A stretch of 64,000 bases of DNA from Candidatus Latescibacterota bacterium (GCA_965248435.1 OZ252100.1:4768001-4832000), one strand, 5' to 3'; positions 38,300-48,270 are shown, counted from the stretch's first letter. Numbers and translations: made by a program. The notes: generated by a model not told the origin, from the letters alone.

Positions 38300-39621
38300 C
38301 CGGTTCTGGAATCGCCGGGCTGACCTCCGCACTGAGCGCCCAGGAGGCGGGCGCGCGTGTTCTCGTGCTCGAAAAGGCGCCCGAGACCGGGGGGACGTCC
38401 GCTGTTTCGGGCGGAACGGTCTGGTGCGCCGCAGATCTGGATGCCTGGCTCGAAGTCCAGCCGGGGGGGGACCCGGAGATGGGCCGGGCGCTGATAGAGA
38501 ACTTTTTCGAGGGGATCGAATGGCTGAGGGGCCAAGGCGTAGCATTAGAGGACCTCGGGGACTACGCCCCGTACAAGTTTTCCAGACAAGTCTACGGGCT
38601 CCTGCCGGACGCAGGAGCGGCGATGGAGACGCTGGCGAGTCGATTTGTCGAGGGCGGGGGGACGATTCAAAGACGGACCGCGCTAAAAAAGGTAGAACAG
38701 GGTCGTCGCGGAGAGGTGAGCGGCGTGCTTGCGTCGGGTCCGGATGGGTCCGTAGAGATCGAGGCAAAGGCGGTCGTGCTCGCAACAGGAGGCTTCCAGG
38801 CCAGCGCCGAACTGCGTGCGCGTCACTTTGGCCGGTGGGCCGACCGCGTCGTCGTGAGGGGGAGCCCCTACTGCACGGGAGATGGATTCGAAGCCGCACT
38901 GGAGGCGGGCGCCGGAACGGCTGGTCCCTTCAACAGATTCTATGGCCACACACTGCCGGCTCCGCCGGCGGAGATGGGCCTGCACAATTACGCGACCGCC
39001 AGGCCACTCTTCGGTGAATACGGAGTCCTGGTCAACCTGAACGGTGAGCGGTTCGAGGACGAGTTTCTGGGCGATGAAATCTGTGTCCACACGGCCGTCG
39101 AACAACCCGAGGCGACCATCTTTCTGATCTACGATGAGACGGTGCGCGAAAAACACGGCACGGTTGGACCCGCGTCGAAGACGCGGGTGAACGCGCTCGA
39201 GGAGATCCGAAAGGCGGGGGGAGAGATTCTGGAGGAGAGGAACCTCGAAGACCTGGCGGAATCCATGGCCTCCAGGTGGGAGGTCCGGCAGGACAGACTG
39301 TTGGTTACTCTGGCCGACTACAACGCGGCCTGCGAGTCGGGTAACAGCTCGTCCCTCAGCGTGCCGAAAACAGGGGGATTGGAGCCTGTGATGACACCCC
39401 CTTTCTACGCGATTCGCCTCCTGATCGGGATGACGTTTACGTACGGCGGTGCCAGAGTCAATTCAAGAGCAGAAGTCGTGGATACCTCGGGAGCGTCGAT
39501 CAGAGGCCTCTACGCAGCGGGGGCAGACGTCGGTGGGCTCTACACGCTGGGCTATACCGGCGGGCTTTCCATCGGCCTGGCCTACGGGAGGATCGCTGGA
39601 AAAGGAGCGGCTGCCCTGTGA
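38266..39621 (+). CDS. FAD-binding oxidoreductase (flavocytochrome c/TcuA-like)
   Basis: GSGIAG, LATGGF, TGDG, TYGG, GLYAAG. Confidence 0.88.
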   Translation: MHQGKAVDVVIAGSGIAGLTSALSAQEAGARVLVLEKAPETGGTSAVSGGTVWCAADLDAWLEVQPGGDPEMGRALIENFFEGIEWLRGQGVALEDLGDYAPYKFSRQVYGLLPDAGAAMETLASRFVEGGGTIQRRTALKKVEQGRRGEVSGVLASGPDGSVEIEAKAVVLATGGFQASAELRARHFGRWADRVVVRGSPYCTGDGFEAALEAGAGTAGPFNRFYGHTLPAPPAEMGLHNYATARPLFGEYGVLVNLNGERFEDEFLGDEICVHTAVEQPEATIFLIYDETVREKHGTVGPASKTRVNALEEIRKAGGEILEERNLEDLAESMASRWEVRQDRLLVTLADYNAACESGNSSSLSVPKTGGLEPVMTPPFYAIRLLIGMTFTYGGARVNSRAEVVDTSGASIRGLYAAGADVGGLYTLGYTGGLSIGLAYGRIAGKGAAAL

Positions 39622-39845
39622 TCGGGTGGTCATCGTTCAAGGGAGGGTCGCTCGTGACACCAATTTTCCAGACGTCTGGAAAATTGGTCTAAATCACTGA
39701 CCCGCCTAGCTCAAGGCGACTATAAAGGGCTTTTAAGACCTGAAATATGAGTATTCGATGCGGACCGGGGCGAGACGCCCTAACTGCGGATTGGGGGCAG
39801 ATCCCGGTGATCTGGTAAGAAACCGTCGCTCGAAAAGCAAATTCC

Positions 39846-39876
39846 ACCGCAGAGGCGCAGAGGACGCAGAGAAAAG
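39846..39876 (+). repeat. CGCAGAG-type short repeat
   Basis: ACCGCAGAGGCGCAGAGGACGCAGAGAAAAG. Confidence 0.7.
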
Positions 39877-39887
39877 AAAAATCGATG

Positions 39888-41345
39888 TTACATCGGGCCC
39901 ACCCGGTCCGGCCCAAGATCCAGCGCCCGCATCGCGGCGTCGAAGCTCCGGTGCAGGAGGTCCAGCTTCACGGCCTGATGATCGGAGTCGTCCCACAGGT
40001 TCTGGAACTCGCGAGGATCCTCCTGCATATCGTAGAGCTCCCCGAGACCGTGGCCATGGTAGACGACGAGCTTATATCGCCGGTCGCGGTACATGGTCGC
40101 GCGGGTTTCCTGCGGCTGGTCCAGGGCGTCGAAGTATTCGCATCGTACGGCATCCCGATGGTGATCCGCATCCGCATCACCAGTCAGGATCGGCAGGAGT
40201 GACCTTCCCTCCACGTAGTCGGGCACCTTCACATCAGCGAAATCCATGATCGTCGGCATAACATCCATAATCTCGACGAGCGCGTCGCTCACGAAGCCCT
40301 GCTGGATCCTTCCCGGACAGGAGAAGATGAGCGGAACCCGGACAAGGCCGTCGTAGAAGCGGCACCCCTTCTGGATCAGCCCGTGATCGCCGAGCAACTC
40401 CCCGTGATCGCTCATGAATATCACGATCGTGTTCTCGAGCTGCCCGGTCTCCTCCAGTGCCGACAACATGCACCCGAGCTGATCGTCGATCAGCTTGATC
40501 ATCGCATAATATGCCGCCTGGAGCGTCTTCGCGTCGCGATCGCCCGGTCCTGGATCTTCCACCAAGCCCTCCGCCGGTGAGCGCGGTACAATCGGGCTCT
40601 TGATATCGAGGTCGGACGGGTCGCGACCCTTCGACTGAAAGTCCGCGCCCACGAGTTTCTTCTGCTGTTCCAGGTCCGACGGGCGGAACAGCGGCCCCGG
40701 CATCTCCTTCGGGTCGAACTGATCGCGATAGGCCTTCGGCGGGTTGAAAGGCGGGTGCGGGTCGTAGATGTTGACGCTCGCGAGCCAAGGACCATCCCGC
40801 TTTTCTTTCGCAAACTCGATGGTCTTCTCCGCGCACCATGTCGTCTGATGGAGCTCCGCCGGCACGCCGTCGACACTCCTGGTCAGCTCGCCCAGCATTT
40901 CCCCCTTCTCGCGCACCCAGTCCGCGTAGTCGTGTCCCTTCTCCCAATCGTCCCGCGGGGCGTGGCTGTACTGCCAGTAGCGATAGCCGTCATCGATGCG
41001 CGGCTCGATCCGCCCCGAGGCGCTCGCGAGGTGAAGCTTTCCGATCAGCCCGCAGTCAAAGCCCGCGTCGGCCAGGTACTTCGTCACGAGCGGCGGTGCC
41101 TCGGACGGGAACAGCTCGTTCCCGTTCCGATTCATCCGGATCGTGCTCGCGTAAAGGCCTGTCAGAAAACTCGCGCGGCTGGGTGTGCAGATCGGGCTCT
41201 GACAGTAAGCGAAATCGAAGGCCACGCCCGTCTGCACGAGTCTGTCGATGTTCGGCGTCGAGACATACCGGTTCCCGAGCGCCGCGATCGTGTCGTATCG
41301 CTGTTGATCCGTACAGATCCACAAAATGTTCGGCCTGTCGTTCAA
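39888..41345 (-). CDS. Cys-type (FGly) sulfatase
   Basis: CTDQQR, CTPSRASFLTG, GKLH, SDHG. Confidence 0.93.
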   Translation of the reverse strand: MNDRPNILWICTDQQRYDTIAALGNRYVSTPNIDRLVQTGVAFDFAYCQSPICTPSRASFLTGLYASTIRMNRNGNELFPSEAPPLVTKYLADAGFDCGLIGKLHLASASGRIEPRIDDGYRYWQYSHAPRDDWEKGHDYADWVREKGEMLGELTRSVDGVPAELHQTTWCAEKTIEFAKEKRDGPWLASVNIYDPHPPFNPPKAYRDQFDPKEMPGPLFRPSDLEQQKKLVGADFQSKGRDPSDLDIKSPIVPRSPAEGLVEDPGPGDRDAKTLQAAYYAMIKLIDDQLGCMLSALEETGQLENTIVIFMSDHGELLGDHGLIQKGCRFYDGLVRVPLIFSCPGRIQQGFVSDALVEIMDVMPTIMDFADVKVPDYVEGRSLLPILTGDADADHHRDAVRCEYFDALDQPQETRATMYRDRRYKLVVYHGHGLGELYDMQEDPREFQNLWDDSDHQAVKLDLLHRSFDAAMRALDLGPDRVGPM

Positions 41346-41426
41346 CCGATATTTCCCTCACTTTCGAGGCCGGATTCTGTCGCCCCAAACCCCCGGCCTT
41401 CCAGGCGCAATATTTCGTGAAGAAGC

Positions 41427-41558
41427 AAAAAAAAGGCCATTACCAGAGACCCCCGAGGTAGTTTACGAGCGGGCTGAGGGTGCGTTCTGGACGCCTGCTC
41501 AGGGGCCGCTGAAGGTTGGCTACCTGCGGTGACTGGGTAATGGCCAAATTGGCTTGAA
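41427..41558 (-). ncRNA. Candidate rod-shaped small RNA (6S-like?)
   Basis: Nested pairings GGCCATTACC/GGTAATGGCC, AGGTAG/CTACCT, AGCGG/CCGCT, CTGAG/CTCAG, GCGT/ACGC; 8-U tail; promoter directly upstream. Confidence 0.6.
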
Positions 41559-41564
41559 TACTTA

Positions 41565-41593
41565 AAGATAGGTTTAAGCGGGGGGGGCGTCAA
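41565..41593 (-). promoter_or_regulatory. Sigma70-type promoter of the candidate sRNA
   Basis: TTGACG-17 bp-TATCTT. Confidence 0.65.
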
Positions 41594-41723
41594 CGGAAAC
41601 CCTGACGCGCCGAGGAGAATCCCGATTTACGATCATAACCTTTTGTTTATAATGTATTTTTTCGACGGGGCATCGCTCAGTGGAATGAGGATGTTGTCGT
41701 CCGGGTCGATGGAGATTTCGGGG

Positions 41724-42368
41724 TCATAAGGATGTGGCCTCTCTGGCCGCCTTGATCTTTTCCGCAAAGTCCCTTGTGGCTTCTTCAGGGTCTTCCTGAC
41801 AGCAGATGGCCGAGATGACGGCGATGCCGTGGGCGCCTGCGCCAATTACCGATTCAGCCTTTTCCTGACCAATCCCTCCGATCGCGATCACAGGCAAAGA
41901 GGTCGACTGAACGAAGCCGGAGAGCCGATCGAGGCCCTGGGGTTCGCCTGCATCGCCCTTCGAACCTGTAGCGTAGATCGGCCCGAACCCCACATAATCG
42001 GCCCCGTCGGTTTGGCCCTCGCGGGCCTCTTCGGAGCTGCCTGCAGAGACGCCGATGATCCGGTCGGGACCCAGCATCTCCCTTGCTACGTTGACTGGGA
42101 AATCGTCCTGACCGAGATGGACCCCGTCCGCGTCGGCCGCGATGGCCACGTCCACACGATCGTTGACGATAAAGGGGACGCCTTTTGGCGATGTGAGATC
42201 GCGAATGGCCTTCGCGATGGCGATCAGGTCTCGCGTGGTTCCTGATTTCTGGCGAAATTGGATCGTATCCGCACCGCCCGCGAGTGCCAGGCGAGTCAGA
42301 TCGGTGTGAGAGAAACGGGTTTGCAGATCGGTATCGGTAAGCAGGTGCAGGTGCCCGATTCGTTTCAT
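41724..42368 (-). CDS. thiE: Thiamine-phosphate synthase
   Basis: QFRQK, VNDRVD, GVHLGQDD, GPIYATGSK, AIGGI. Confidence 0.93.
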   Translation of the reverse strand: MKRIGHLHLLTDTDLQTRFSHTDLTRLALAGGADTIQFRQKSGTTRDLIAIAKAIRDLTSPKGVPFIVNDRVDVAIAADADGVHLGQDDFPVNVAREMLGPDRIIGVSAGSSEEAREGQTDGADYVGFGPIYATGSKGDAGEPQGLDRLSGFVQSTSLPVIAIGGIGQEKAESVIGAGAHGIAVISAICCQEDPEEATRDFAEKIKAAREATSL

Positions 42369-43162
42369 TTTCCTTTGTCCAGAAAGTAGAAGTGATTCGT
42401 CGGGCCGTGCCCCTTTCCGATCGGAAGGCTGTATCGGATGGCTTCGGTGATGTAGGCCTTTGCGTTCGACACGGCCTCCACCAGGGAACACCCCTTCGCG
42501 AGCTGGGCCGCGATGGCCGCCGAGTAGGTGCAGCCCGTTCCGTGCGTGTTGGGCGTATCGATCCTTTCGGCACTCACAACCGTTTCCTCGCTCCCGTCGA
42601 AGAGGATGTCTGCCGCGCTTGACCGGTCCGCGAGGTGACCCCCCTTCACAAGAACAGCGCCAGGACCCAATTCGAAGATCTTCCGGGCGGCACGTTTGGC
42701 CTGGCCGATCTCCTCGATCTGCATTCCCGCTAACAGTTTGGCCTCGTGGACGTTGGGCGTCACGATGTCGGCCAGAGGAAGCAGGTATTTTTTTACGCTT
42801 ACCACGGCATCTTCGCTGAGCAGGGAGAAGCCGCTCTTGGAGATCATCACCGGGTCTACGACGATGTTGGTCGCTTCCTGCTTGATGAGTTGATCCGAGA
42901 CGGTCTCGACGATTTCCTTTGACGAGAGCATTCCAGTTTTGACCGCAGCCACTTCGAAGTCGTCGAAGATGGCCTCGATCTGACTCGTGATGATGTCGAT
43001 CGGGAGATCGTAGGCCTTTCGGACCTCGCGACTGTTCTGGGCGGTGACGGAAGTGATCACGGACATCCCGAAGGTGCCGTTCGCGTGGAACGTCTTCAGG
43101 TCCGCCTGGATGCCGGCGCCTCCGCCCGAATCGGATCCGGCTATGGTAAGGACCTGTTTCAT
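42365..43162 (-). CDS. thiD: Hydroxymethylpyrimidine/phosphomethylpyrimidine kinase
   Basis: [28 protein letters not shown]. Confidence 0.96.
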   Translation of the reverse strand: MKQVLTIAGSDSGGGAGIQADLKTFHANGTFGMSVITSVTAQNSREVRKAYDLPIDIITSQIEAIFDDFEVAAVKTGMLSSKEIVETVSDQLIKQEATNIVVDPVMISKSGFSLLSEDAVVSVKKYLLPLADIVTPNVHEAKLLAGMQIEEIGQAKRAARKIFELGPGAVLVKGGHLADRSSAADILFDGSEETVVSAERIDTPNTHGTGCTYSAAIAAQLAKGCSLVEAVSNAKAYITEAIRYSLPIGKGHGPTNHFYFLDKGK

Positions 43163-43821
43163 CACTGCTCCCGTGTTGAGAGAGGCGCGGGGCTGTTCTC
43201 CCACGCTCTTAGGTAAGACCCGACCCTGGACGCGATATCTTCAGCCCCGAGGATGCCTGACACCATTGCAACACCGGCCGCGCCTGCCGCTCGGCACAAA
43301 GATGCCCGCTCGGGAGTGATACCTCCGAGCGCGAAAAGGGCAAGGTCGGTCGATGAGGCCGCTGCCCTGAGTCCTTCGATACCCAGGAAAGTCTCGGCGT
43401 CGGGTTTGGATGACGTAGGGTAAACGGGACTGTAAGTCGCGAAATCGGCGCATTCCGCGGCGCGTTCGAGCTCCTCGGGAGTGTGGGCCGAACAGCCGAT
43501 GAAGAGCCTTCGGCCGAATTGGCGACGAACGCTCACCGGCGAGGGACCCGAAGCAGGGAGGTGAACGCCTCCCGCTCCGACTTCCACGGCGATGTCCGGG
43601 TGAGCGTTGATGGCGAGTCGGGCGTCGTATGCCGCTGTAAGTTTGGCGAGCTTTTCGGCCTGACGGCGAAGCTGATCGGGCTGCATCTGCTTTTCTCGAA
43701 GCTGGAACAGGCGGATGCCCGCCTCGAGGGCCTCTTCCACGGCGCCTTCCAGTGTGCGTGGCGCGCAGGACGCGGTATCGAGAATGAGGTAAATGGGAGG
43801 AAAGGGAAGGTCAAGATCCAT
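43162..43821 (-). CDS. ThiE paralogue, probably thiazole tautomerase (TenI-like)
   Basis: QLREK and ALGGI retained, but NAH replaces NDR and GVHLP replaces GVHLGQDD. Confidence 0.7.
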   Translation of the reverse strand: MDLDLPFPPIYLILDTASCAPRTLEGAVEEALEAGIRLFQLREKQMQPDQLRRQAEKLAKLTAAYDARLAINAHPDIAVEVGAGGVHLPASGPSPVSVRRQFGRRLFIGCSAHTPEELERAAECADFATYSPVYPTSSKPDAETFLGIEGLRAAASSTDLALFALGGITPERASLCRAAGAAGVAMVSGILGAEDIASRVGSYLRAWENSPAPLSTREQ

Positions 43822-43837
43822 GGGCGCGGTAATCAGG

Positions 43838-44653
43838 TCAGGCCTGAGCGACTCCCTCAGGTGAAGTGGACGGTGTCGCATAGAGCCTTTTTGGAATCCG
43901 TCCGGCCTCGTAGGCGAGACGTCCGGCCTCGACTGCCTTTCGCATAGCCGTCGCCATCTTAACAGGGTCCTTCGCGCCGGCGACTGCCGTGTTCAGCAGG
44001 ACGGCGTCGCACCCCATTTCAAGGGCGACTGAAGCATCTGACGCGGTTCCTACACCCGCGTCGACGATCACAGGTACGGTGAGTGAATCCAGGATGATCT
44101 GCAGGTTGTAGGGGTTGCGAATTCCCATTCCGGACCCGATCGGCGCGCCGAGCGGCATCACGGCTGCGGCACCTAAGTCCTCTAGTTTCTTGCACGTTAC
44201 AGGATCATCGTTGCAGTACGGGAGCACGGTGAATCTGTCTTTGACGAGTGTCTCGGCTGCATCGAGCAGGCCTCGCACGTCGGGCAGGAGGGTCCGCTCG
44301 TCTCCGATGACCTCCAGCTTGATCAGGTCTGTATCGAGCGCCTCACGGGCCAGGTTGGCCGTCAGGACGGCGTCCCTGGCGGTGAAGCATCCTGCTGTGT
44401 TCGGAAGGATCGTGACTCCCGAGCGGCGCAGGAGGCCAGGCAGGCTTTCCTCGGATGAATCGGTCACGTTGATCCGCCGGATGCCGACGGTCACGATCTC
44501 GGCACCGCTGGCCTTGATCGCCTCCAACATGACGTGGTTGTTAGGATACCTCGCGGTCCCGATCAGGAGCCTGGATCTGTAGGTCTTACCCGCGATCTCG
44601 AGACCGCCCGGGGTTGTGCCGTCATTTTTGTCGTTCATGGGGCGTTGCCTCAT
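43838..44653 (-). CDS. thiG: Thiazole synthase
   Basis: [30 protein letters not shown]. Confidence 0.97.
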   Translation of the reverse strand: MRQRPMNDKNDGTTPGGLEIAGKTYRSRLLIGTARYPNNHVMLEAIKASGAEIVTVGIRRINVTDSSEESLPGLLRRSGVTILPNTAGCFTARDAVLTANLAREALDTDLIKLEVIGDERTLLPDVRGLLDAAETLVKDRFTVLPYCNDDPVTCKKLEDLGAAAVMPLGAPIGSGMGIRNPYNLQIILDSLTVPVIVDAGVGTASDASVALEMGCDAVLLNTAVAGAKDPVKMATAMRKAVEAGRLAYEAGRIPKRLYATPSTSPEGVAQA

Positions 44654-44859
44654 CCTCCTTGTACGGCCTGGATGATTTCCACCTGATCCCCCTCAGAGAG
44701 GATTTCGGTCGACCAGTCTTCTCGTGACATCACTTCCGCATTGACCGCCACGGCGATTCCTTTCGCCTCGGGGTCGGACTGGCCCTGCCCGACCAGGTCC
44801 TGAACCGTGATTCCGTCCATAACCGTCTCTTCTTTTCCGTTGAGGATAATTCTCATCAC
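44650..44859 (-). CDS. thiS: Sulfur carrier protein
   Basis: IAVAVN, GDQVEII, C-terminal GG. Confidence 0.95.
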   Translation of the reverse strand: MMRIILNGKEETVMDGITVQDLVGQGQSDPEAKGIAVAVNAEVMSREDWSTEILSEGDQVEIIQAVQGG

Positions 44860-45992
44860 GAGAGGAACCGGTCTAGGCCAAACGGCTTGATCAGATCGGG
44901 CGCCTTCCCGGTCAGGACGAGGTCTACGATGGCCTGCGCGGTGATCGGCGCCAGGAGAAATCCCTTCCGGTAGTGTCCTGTGGCCAGGATGAGGCCGTCT
45001 ATGGGCGTTTCACCCAGAATCGGGGCATCATCCCTGCTTCCGGGCCTGAGGCCGGCCTGGACTTCCGCGATGGGGAGGTCATAGATCCCCGGCACGGCCT
45101 CCCAACCCGCACGAAGGAGTTCGAAGATCCCGCCGGCCGTTGTTTGCGAGTCGTAGCCCATTTCCTCGGAAGTCGCTCCGAGCAACAGATGGCCGTCGTC
45201 CCTGGGGACAAGGTAGGCCAGCGTGGATGAGGCCAGACGAGAATACCAGATGATCGTTTTTAACGTAAAGGCTTCGTTCATCTTCAATCGGAGAATCTGT
45301 CCGCGGACGGGGCGGACGGGAGGCTTGAGCGCTTCAGGTATCCCCGGTATCGTGGGGGACCAGCAACCCGCCGCCAGCACGACGACATCTGCAGCTTGAA
45401 ACTCACCGCGAGCAAGGACGCCCTGAATTCGCTGTCCGTTCAGTTTGAGCTCATCCACCGGCGTCTTCTCCAGGAGGGTTCCGCCGGCTTTCTGGAATGC
45501 CTGCCTGAGGGCTTCGATGACGCGCCGATTGTCCACCTGATGGTCACCGGGACACCAGACCGCGGCGGTGATTCCGGATGAAAGGTGGGGCTCTCGCTCC
45601 CTGGCCTCCTCGCCGCTCAGCCAGGTGATGGGGAGACCCAGTTCTTTCTGGTAGGTGTGTCGAAACCTCAGGTGTTCAACGTCATCCGGAGTGATCCCGA
45701 CGACCAGGACACCGTCCTGACGGTAGCCCACGCTGTATCCGGTCTCAGATTCGAGTTCCTCGACGAACGTGGGAAAATGCTTCAGGGCCTCGAGGCCGAA
45801 TCTCAGGAGGGCTTCCTCCTGAAACTGCACTTCAGCGAGCGGGGAGAGCATACCGGCAGATGCCCAGCTCGCGCCCCGGCCGGCCTGGTCGCGATCGAAC
45901 AGGGTGACTTCAAGCCCGGCTCTGGCCAATCTCCAGCCGATGCTGAGGCCGATAACCCCGCCGCCAACGATGATGATACGGTCTGTCGACAT
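44856..45992 (-). CDS. thiO: Glycine oxidase
   Basis: GGGVIG, ASWASAGML, PVRGQ, GLRP, GHYR.G.LLAP; thi operon context. Confidence 0.93.
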   Translation of the reverse strand: MSTDRIIIVGGGVIGLSIGWRLARAGLEVTLFDRDQAGRGASWASAGMLSPLAEVQFQEEALLRFGLEALKHFPTFVEELESETGYSVGYRQDGVLVVGITPDDVEHLRFRHTYQKELGLPITWLSGEEAREREPHLSSGITAAVWCPGDHQVDNRRVIEALRQAFQKAGGTLLEKTPVDELKLNGQRIQGVLARGEFQAADVVVLAAGCWSPTIPGIPEALKPPVRPVRGQILRLKMNEAFTLKTIIWYSRLASSTLAYLVPRDDGHLLLGATSEEMGYDSQTTAGGIFELLRAGWEAVPGIYDLPIAEVQAGLRPGSRDDAPILGETPIDGLILATGHYRKGFLLAPITAQAIVDLVLTGKAPDLIKPFGLDRFLS

Positions 45993-46067
45993 TAGGAGGG
46001 CAAAGTGTTGAGGTTATACCAAATAAATTACCGCCCTTCGAATGCGATCGAAAAGCGGTGTCGCCCT

Positions 46068-46148
46068 TTTCGACTCCCTGCGCCGGCATGATCCGGATCA
46101 GGTTCAAAGGGTATGTTCTCAGCTCAAGAGATGAGCACCCCCGTTTGC
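46068..46148 (-). promoter_or_regulatory. TPP riboswitch
   Basis: Minus strand GGGGTGC...GCTGAGA..ATACCC..TGAACCTGATCCGGATCATGCCGGCGCAGGGA, upstream of thiO. Confidence 0.95.
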
Positions 46149-46224
46149 TGCCATAAAGATAACGGTTCTACAGGGGGGTAGTCAAGTTTTGCATAGATCT
46201 GTCTGAGGAAGCCGAAGAACCATG

Positions 46225-46324
46225 CCTCCGGCGGCCAACCCTTCGGCAGGCTCAGGGCATGCTTTTCTTGCTCGCCCAAGAAAAAGTTGCAAAAAAGAAG
46301 GGCTCCCCTCAGGCGCCGGGGAGG
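46225..46324. repeat. REP/MITE-like element with nested 23-bp insert
   Basis: CAA[CCCTTCGGCAGGCTCAGGGCATG]CTTTTCTTG...CAAGAAAAAGTTG; removing the insert restores a hairpin. Confidence 0.65.
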
Positions 46325-46477
46325 CTGACTTTTCCGCGAACCGTCCCAGTGGCCCTAGAGATGTTTGTGTCCTTGGATCTTTTGCGGTGTCCACAAACGG
46401 GAGTGCTTGACGGATAGGCGCGGAAAAGTTCCACCCCACACCCCAAATCGGCCATCATAAATCGCGAATCGTATGCG

Positions 46478-46501
46478 GTAGGAGCCAATTCCTGTTGGCG
46501 A
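46478..46501 (+). repeat. GTAG-tagged REP-like palindrome
   Basis: GTAG-GA-GCCAA-TTCCTG-TTGGC-GA. Confidence 0.5.
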
Positions 46502-46562
46502 CGAAATGATTTACGGTGATTGCATACAATTTCACTCGGGGTTCTGAGGCAGGAACAGCGCG

Positions 46563-47375
46563 CTAAAAAAGGTCGAGCTGCTCCTGTCCGGATCTATCCA
46601 GAGGCCAGTCGGGCATCTCGCCCACATTCACACTTTTGGAGAGGAGGCCGTGAAAGAGGCGGGCCAGTCGAGGCGCGTGGAGGTCATCGGGGGCGTGGTG
46701 CAGAAAGAAGAAGGGGACACGTCCTTCCGCGATCCAGTCGGCGACGGTCTTTGCCCACCCCTCCAGAGAAGTCATGTTGTCTTCGACCAGTGGCTGACTC
46801 ATGAAGCGGACAAAGGGATGTCGACCGAGTGCGTGGTTCGGATGAAGTGTGTCTGATCCGCTGGCGCGGTAGAGGACTCGGTCGGCTTTATGCTGCAGGA
46901 GGAGTGCATTTAATTCCTTGTCGGCTCCAAGGAAGAATTCGGGGTGACGAACTTCCACGACATAGTCGAATTTGTCTGGAAGCGAAGCAAGATAGCGGTC
47001 AAGTACGGGCATCGAGCCTGGCCCGAACGATGGCGAAAGCTGGAGGAAGAAGGGACCGATGTGTTCCCCCAGGGGAGAGAGGACCTTGAAGACCTCCTCG
47101 GTCTCGGTCTCAGCATCGACGAGCCTCTTTTCGTGGCTGATCGTCCTGGGAAATTTGAAACAGAACTGAAAGCCCTCGCAGGCTTGGTCTTTCCACCTGG
47201 ATACGGTCTGAGCGGACGGGAGTCCGTAGAACGTGGTGTTGCCCTCGACGGTGTTGAAGACCGCGCTGTACTGATTGAGGAAGTCCCTGGAGCCGGATCC
47301 GGGTTCGTAGAGCTGACCGATCCAACGTTTGTTTGCCCACATGGGACAGCCAAGGTAATAGCGTTGAATAGACAT
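46563..47375 (-). CDS. DUF72 (YecE-like) protein
   Basis: LGCPMW, FNTVEGNTTFY, FKFP, QL.PSF, VEVRH. Confidence 0.9.
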   Translation of the reverse strand: MSIQRYYLGCPMWANKRWIGQLYEPGSGSRDFLNQYSAVFNTVEGNTTFYGLPSAQTVSRWKDQACEGFQFCFKFPRTISHEKRLVDAETETEEVFKVLSPLGEHIGPFFLQLSPSFGPGSMPVLDRYLASLPDKFDYVVEVRHPEFFLGADKELNALLLQHKADRVLYRASGSDTLHPNHALGRHPFVRFMSQPLVEDNMTSLEGWAKTVADWIAEGRVPFFFLHHAPDDLHAPRLARLFHGLLSKSVNVGEMPDWPLDRSGQEQLDLF

Positions 47376-47383
47376 CTTTAATA

Positions 47384-47492
47384 GATCGCGGATTGTGGAA
47401 TGGGGATTGCGGAATGAAAGGCAGAAAGGGCTGATTGAAACGGGCTTTGATTCTTAATCCACAATCCGAAATCTGAAATCCGCAATTTGAAA
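47384..47492. repeat. Inverted heptamer arrays (GGATTGC-type facing AATCCGC-type)
   Basis: GCGGATTGTGGAATGGGGATTGCGGAAT ... AATCCACAATCCGAAATCTGAAATCCGCAAT. Confidence 0.75.
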
Positions 47493-47600
47493 GTTAATCC
47501 TGAATTGGCATTCAGGGAACTTAAATATCTTGACATGTCACCTTTCCGTGAGGTATCTAGGATCGTCAACTCCGACACTGATCAAGGTGAGGATCGTTGC

Positions 47601-48113
47601 TTGGCCAAATCGCCAGAATCGCATGAAGTCCGGCTAGGTGAGTTGCTGACTCGGCTGGATTGGAAGCTTGCGATCGTCGAAACGACTGCGGGTGGACTGA
47701 TCTCGTCACGAGTTGTGGAAGTGCCGGGATGTTCTGCCTACTTCGAGCGGGGTGTCGTCGCGTACAGCAGGTCGAGCAAGACGGACCTGCCCGGGGTGAC
47801 AGACGAGCTTATCGAAACCTACGGTTCTGTAAGCAGGGAGGTGGCTGAAGCGCTCGCAGAGGGCGTCCGGCGCACGAGCGGCGCCGACTTCGGGCTTGCA
47901 GAGACCGGGTTGGCCGGCCCGGTCCAGGGACGCTCACCCAAGCCGATCGGCTCGGTCGCGATCGCCCTTTCTGTATCTAGCGAATCCAGGAGCAAGGAGT
48001 TTATCGTCGAGGGAAATCGACAACAGATCCGGCGCCTCATCGTGGATCGGGCGCTTGACTTTGCAGTGACATACCTGGAAGAAGCGGACTCGAAACTCAG
48101 CGATGATTCTTGA
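47601..48113 (+). CDS. CinA C-terminal domain / NMN deamidase (PncC-like)
   Basis: VETTAGG, GVVAYS..K, YGSVS, TGLAGP, KPIG.V. Confidence 0.85.
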   Translation: MAKSPESHEVRLGELLTRLDWKLAIVETTAGGLISSRVVEVPGCSAYFERGVVAYSRSSKTDLPGVTDELIETYGSVSREVAEALAEGVRRTSGADFGLAETGLAGPVQGRSPKPIGSVAIALSVSSESRSKEFIVEGNRQQIRRLIVDRALDFAVTYLEEADSKLSDDS

Positions 48114-48130
48114 AAATCAAAACTTTAGGC

Positions 48131-48270
48131 TTGACTTGAGATATTGTATTGAATAAATTTAATTTCTAGACCGTATAAGGAGAACAGTCCCGAACAGTCC
48201 GTTCATATTGATATAGGGATAGGCAAAGATGCGGCAGCCGCGGTCTTTGCCTTTTTTTATTGCGGTCTAT
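48131..48270 (+). promoter_or_regulatory. infA promoter and attenuator-like leader
   Basis: TTGACT-17-TAAATT; hairpin AGGCAAAGA...TCTTTGCCT followed by a T run at 48221-48258, inside the 5' UTR. Confidence 0.6.

Noticed and set aside
41427-41558. SRP RNA or tRNA
   Set aside because: No GNRA-capped helix 8 with the CAGG/AGCAG loop; no cloverleaf or T-loop.
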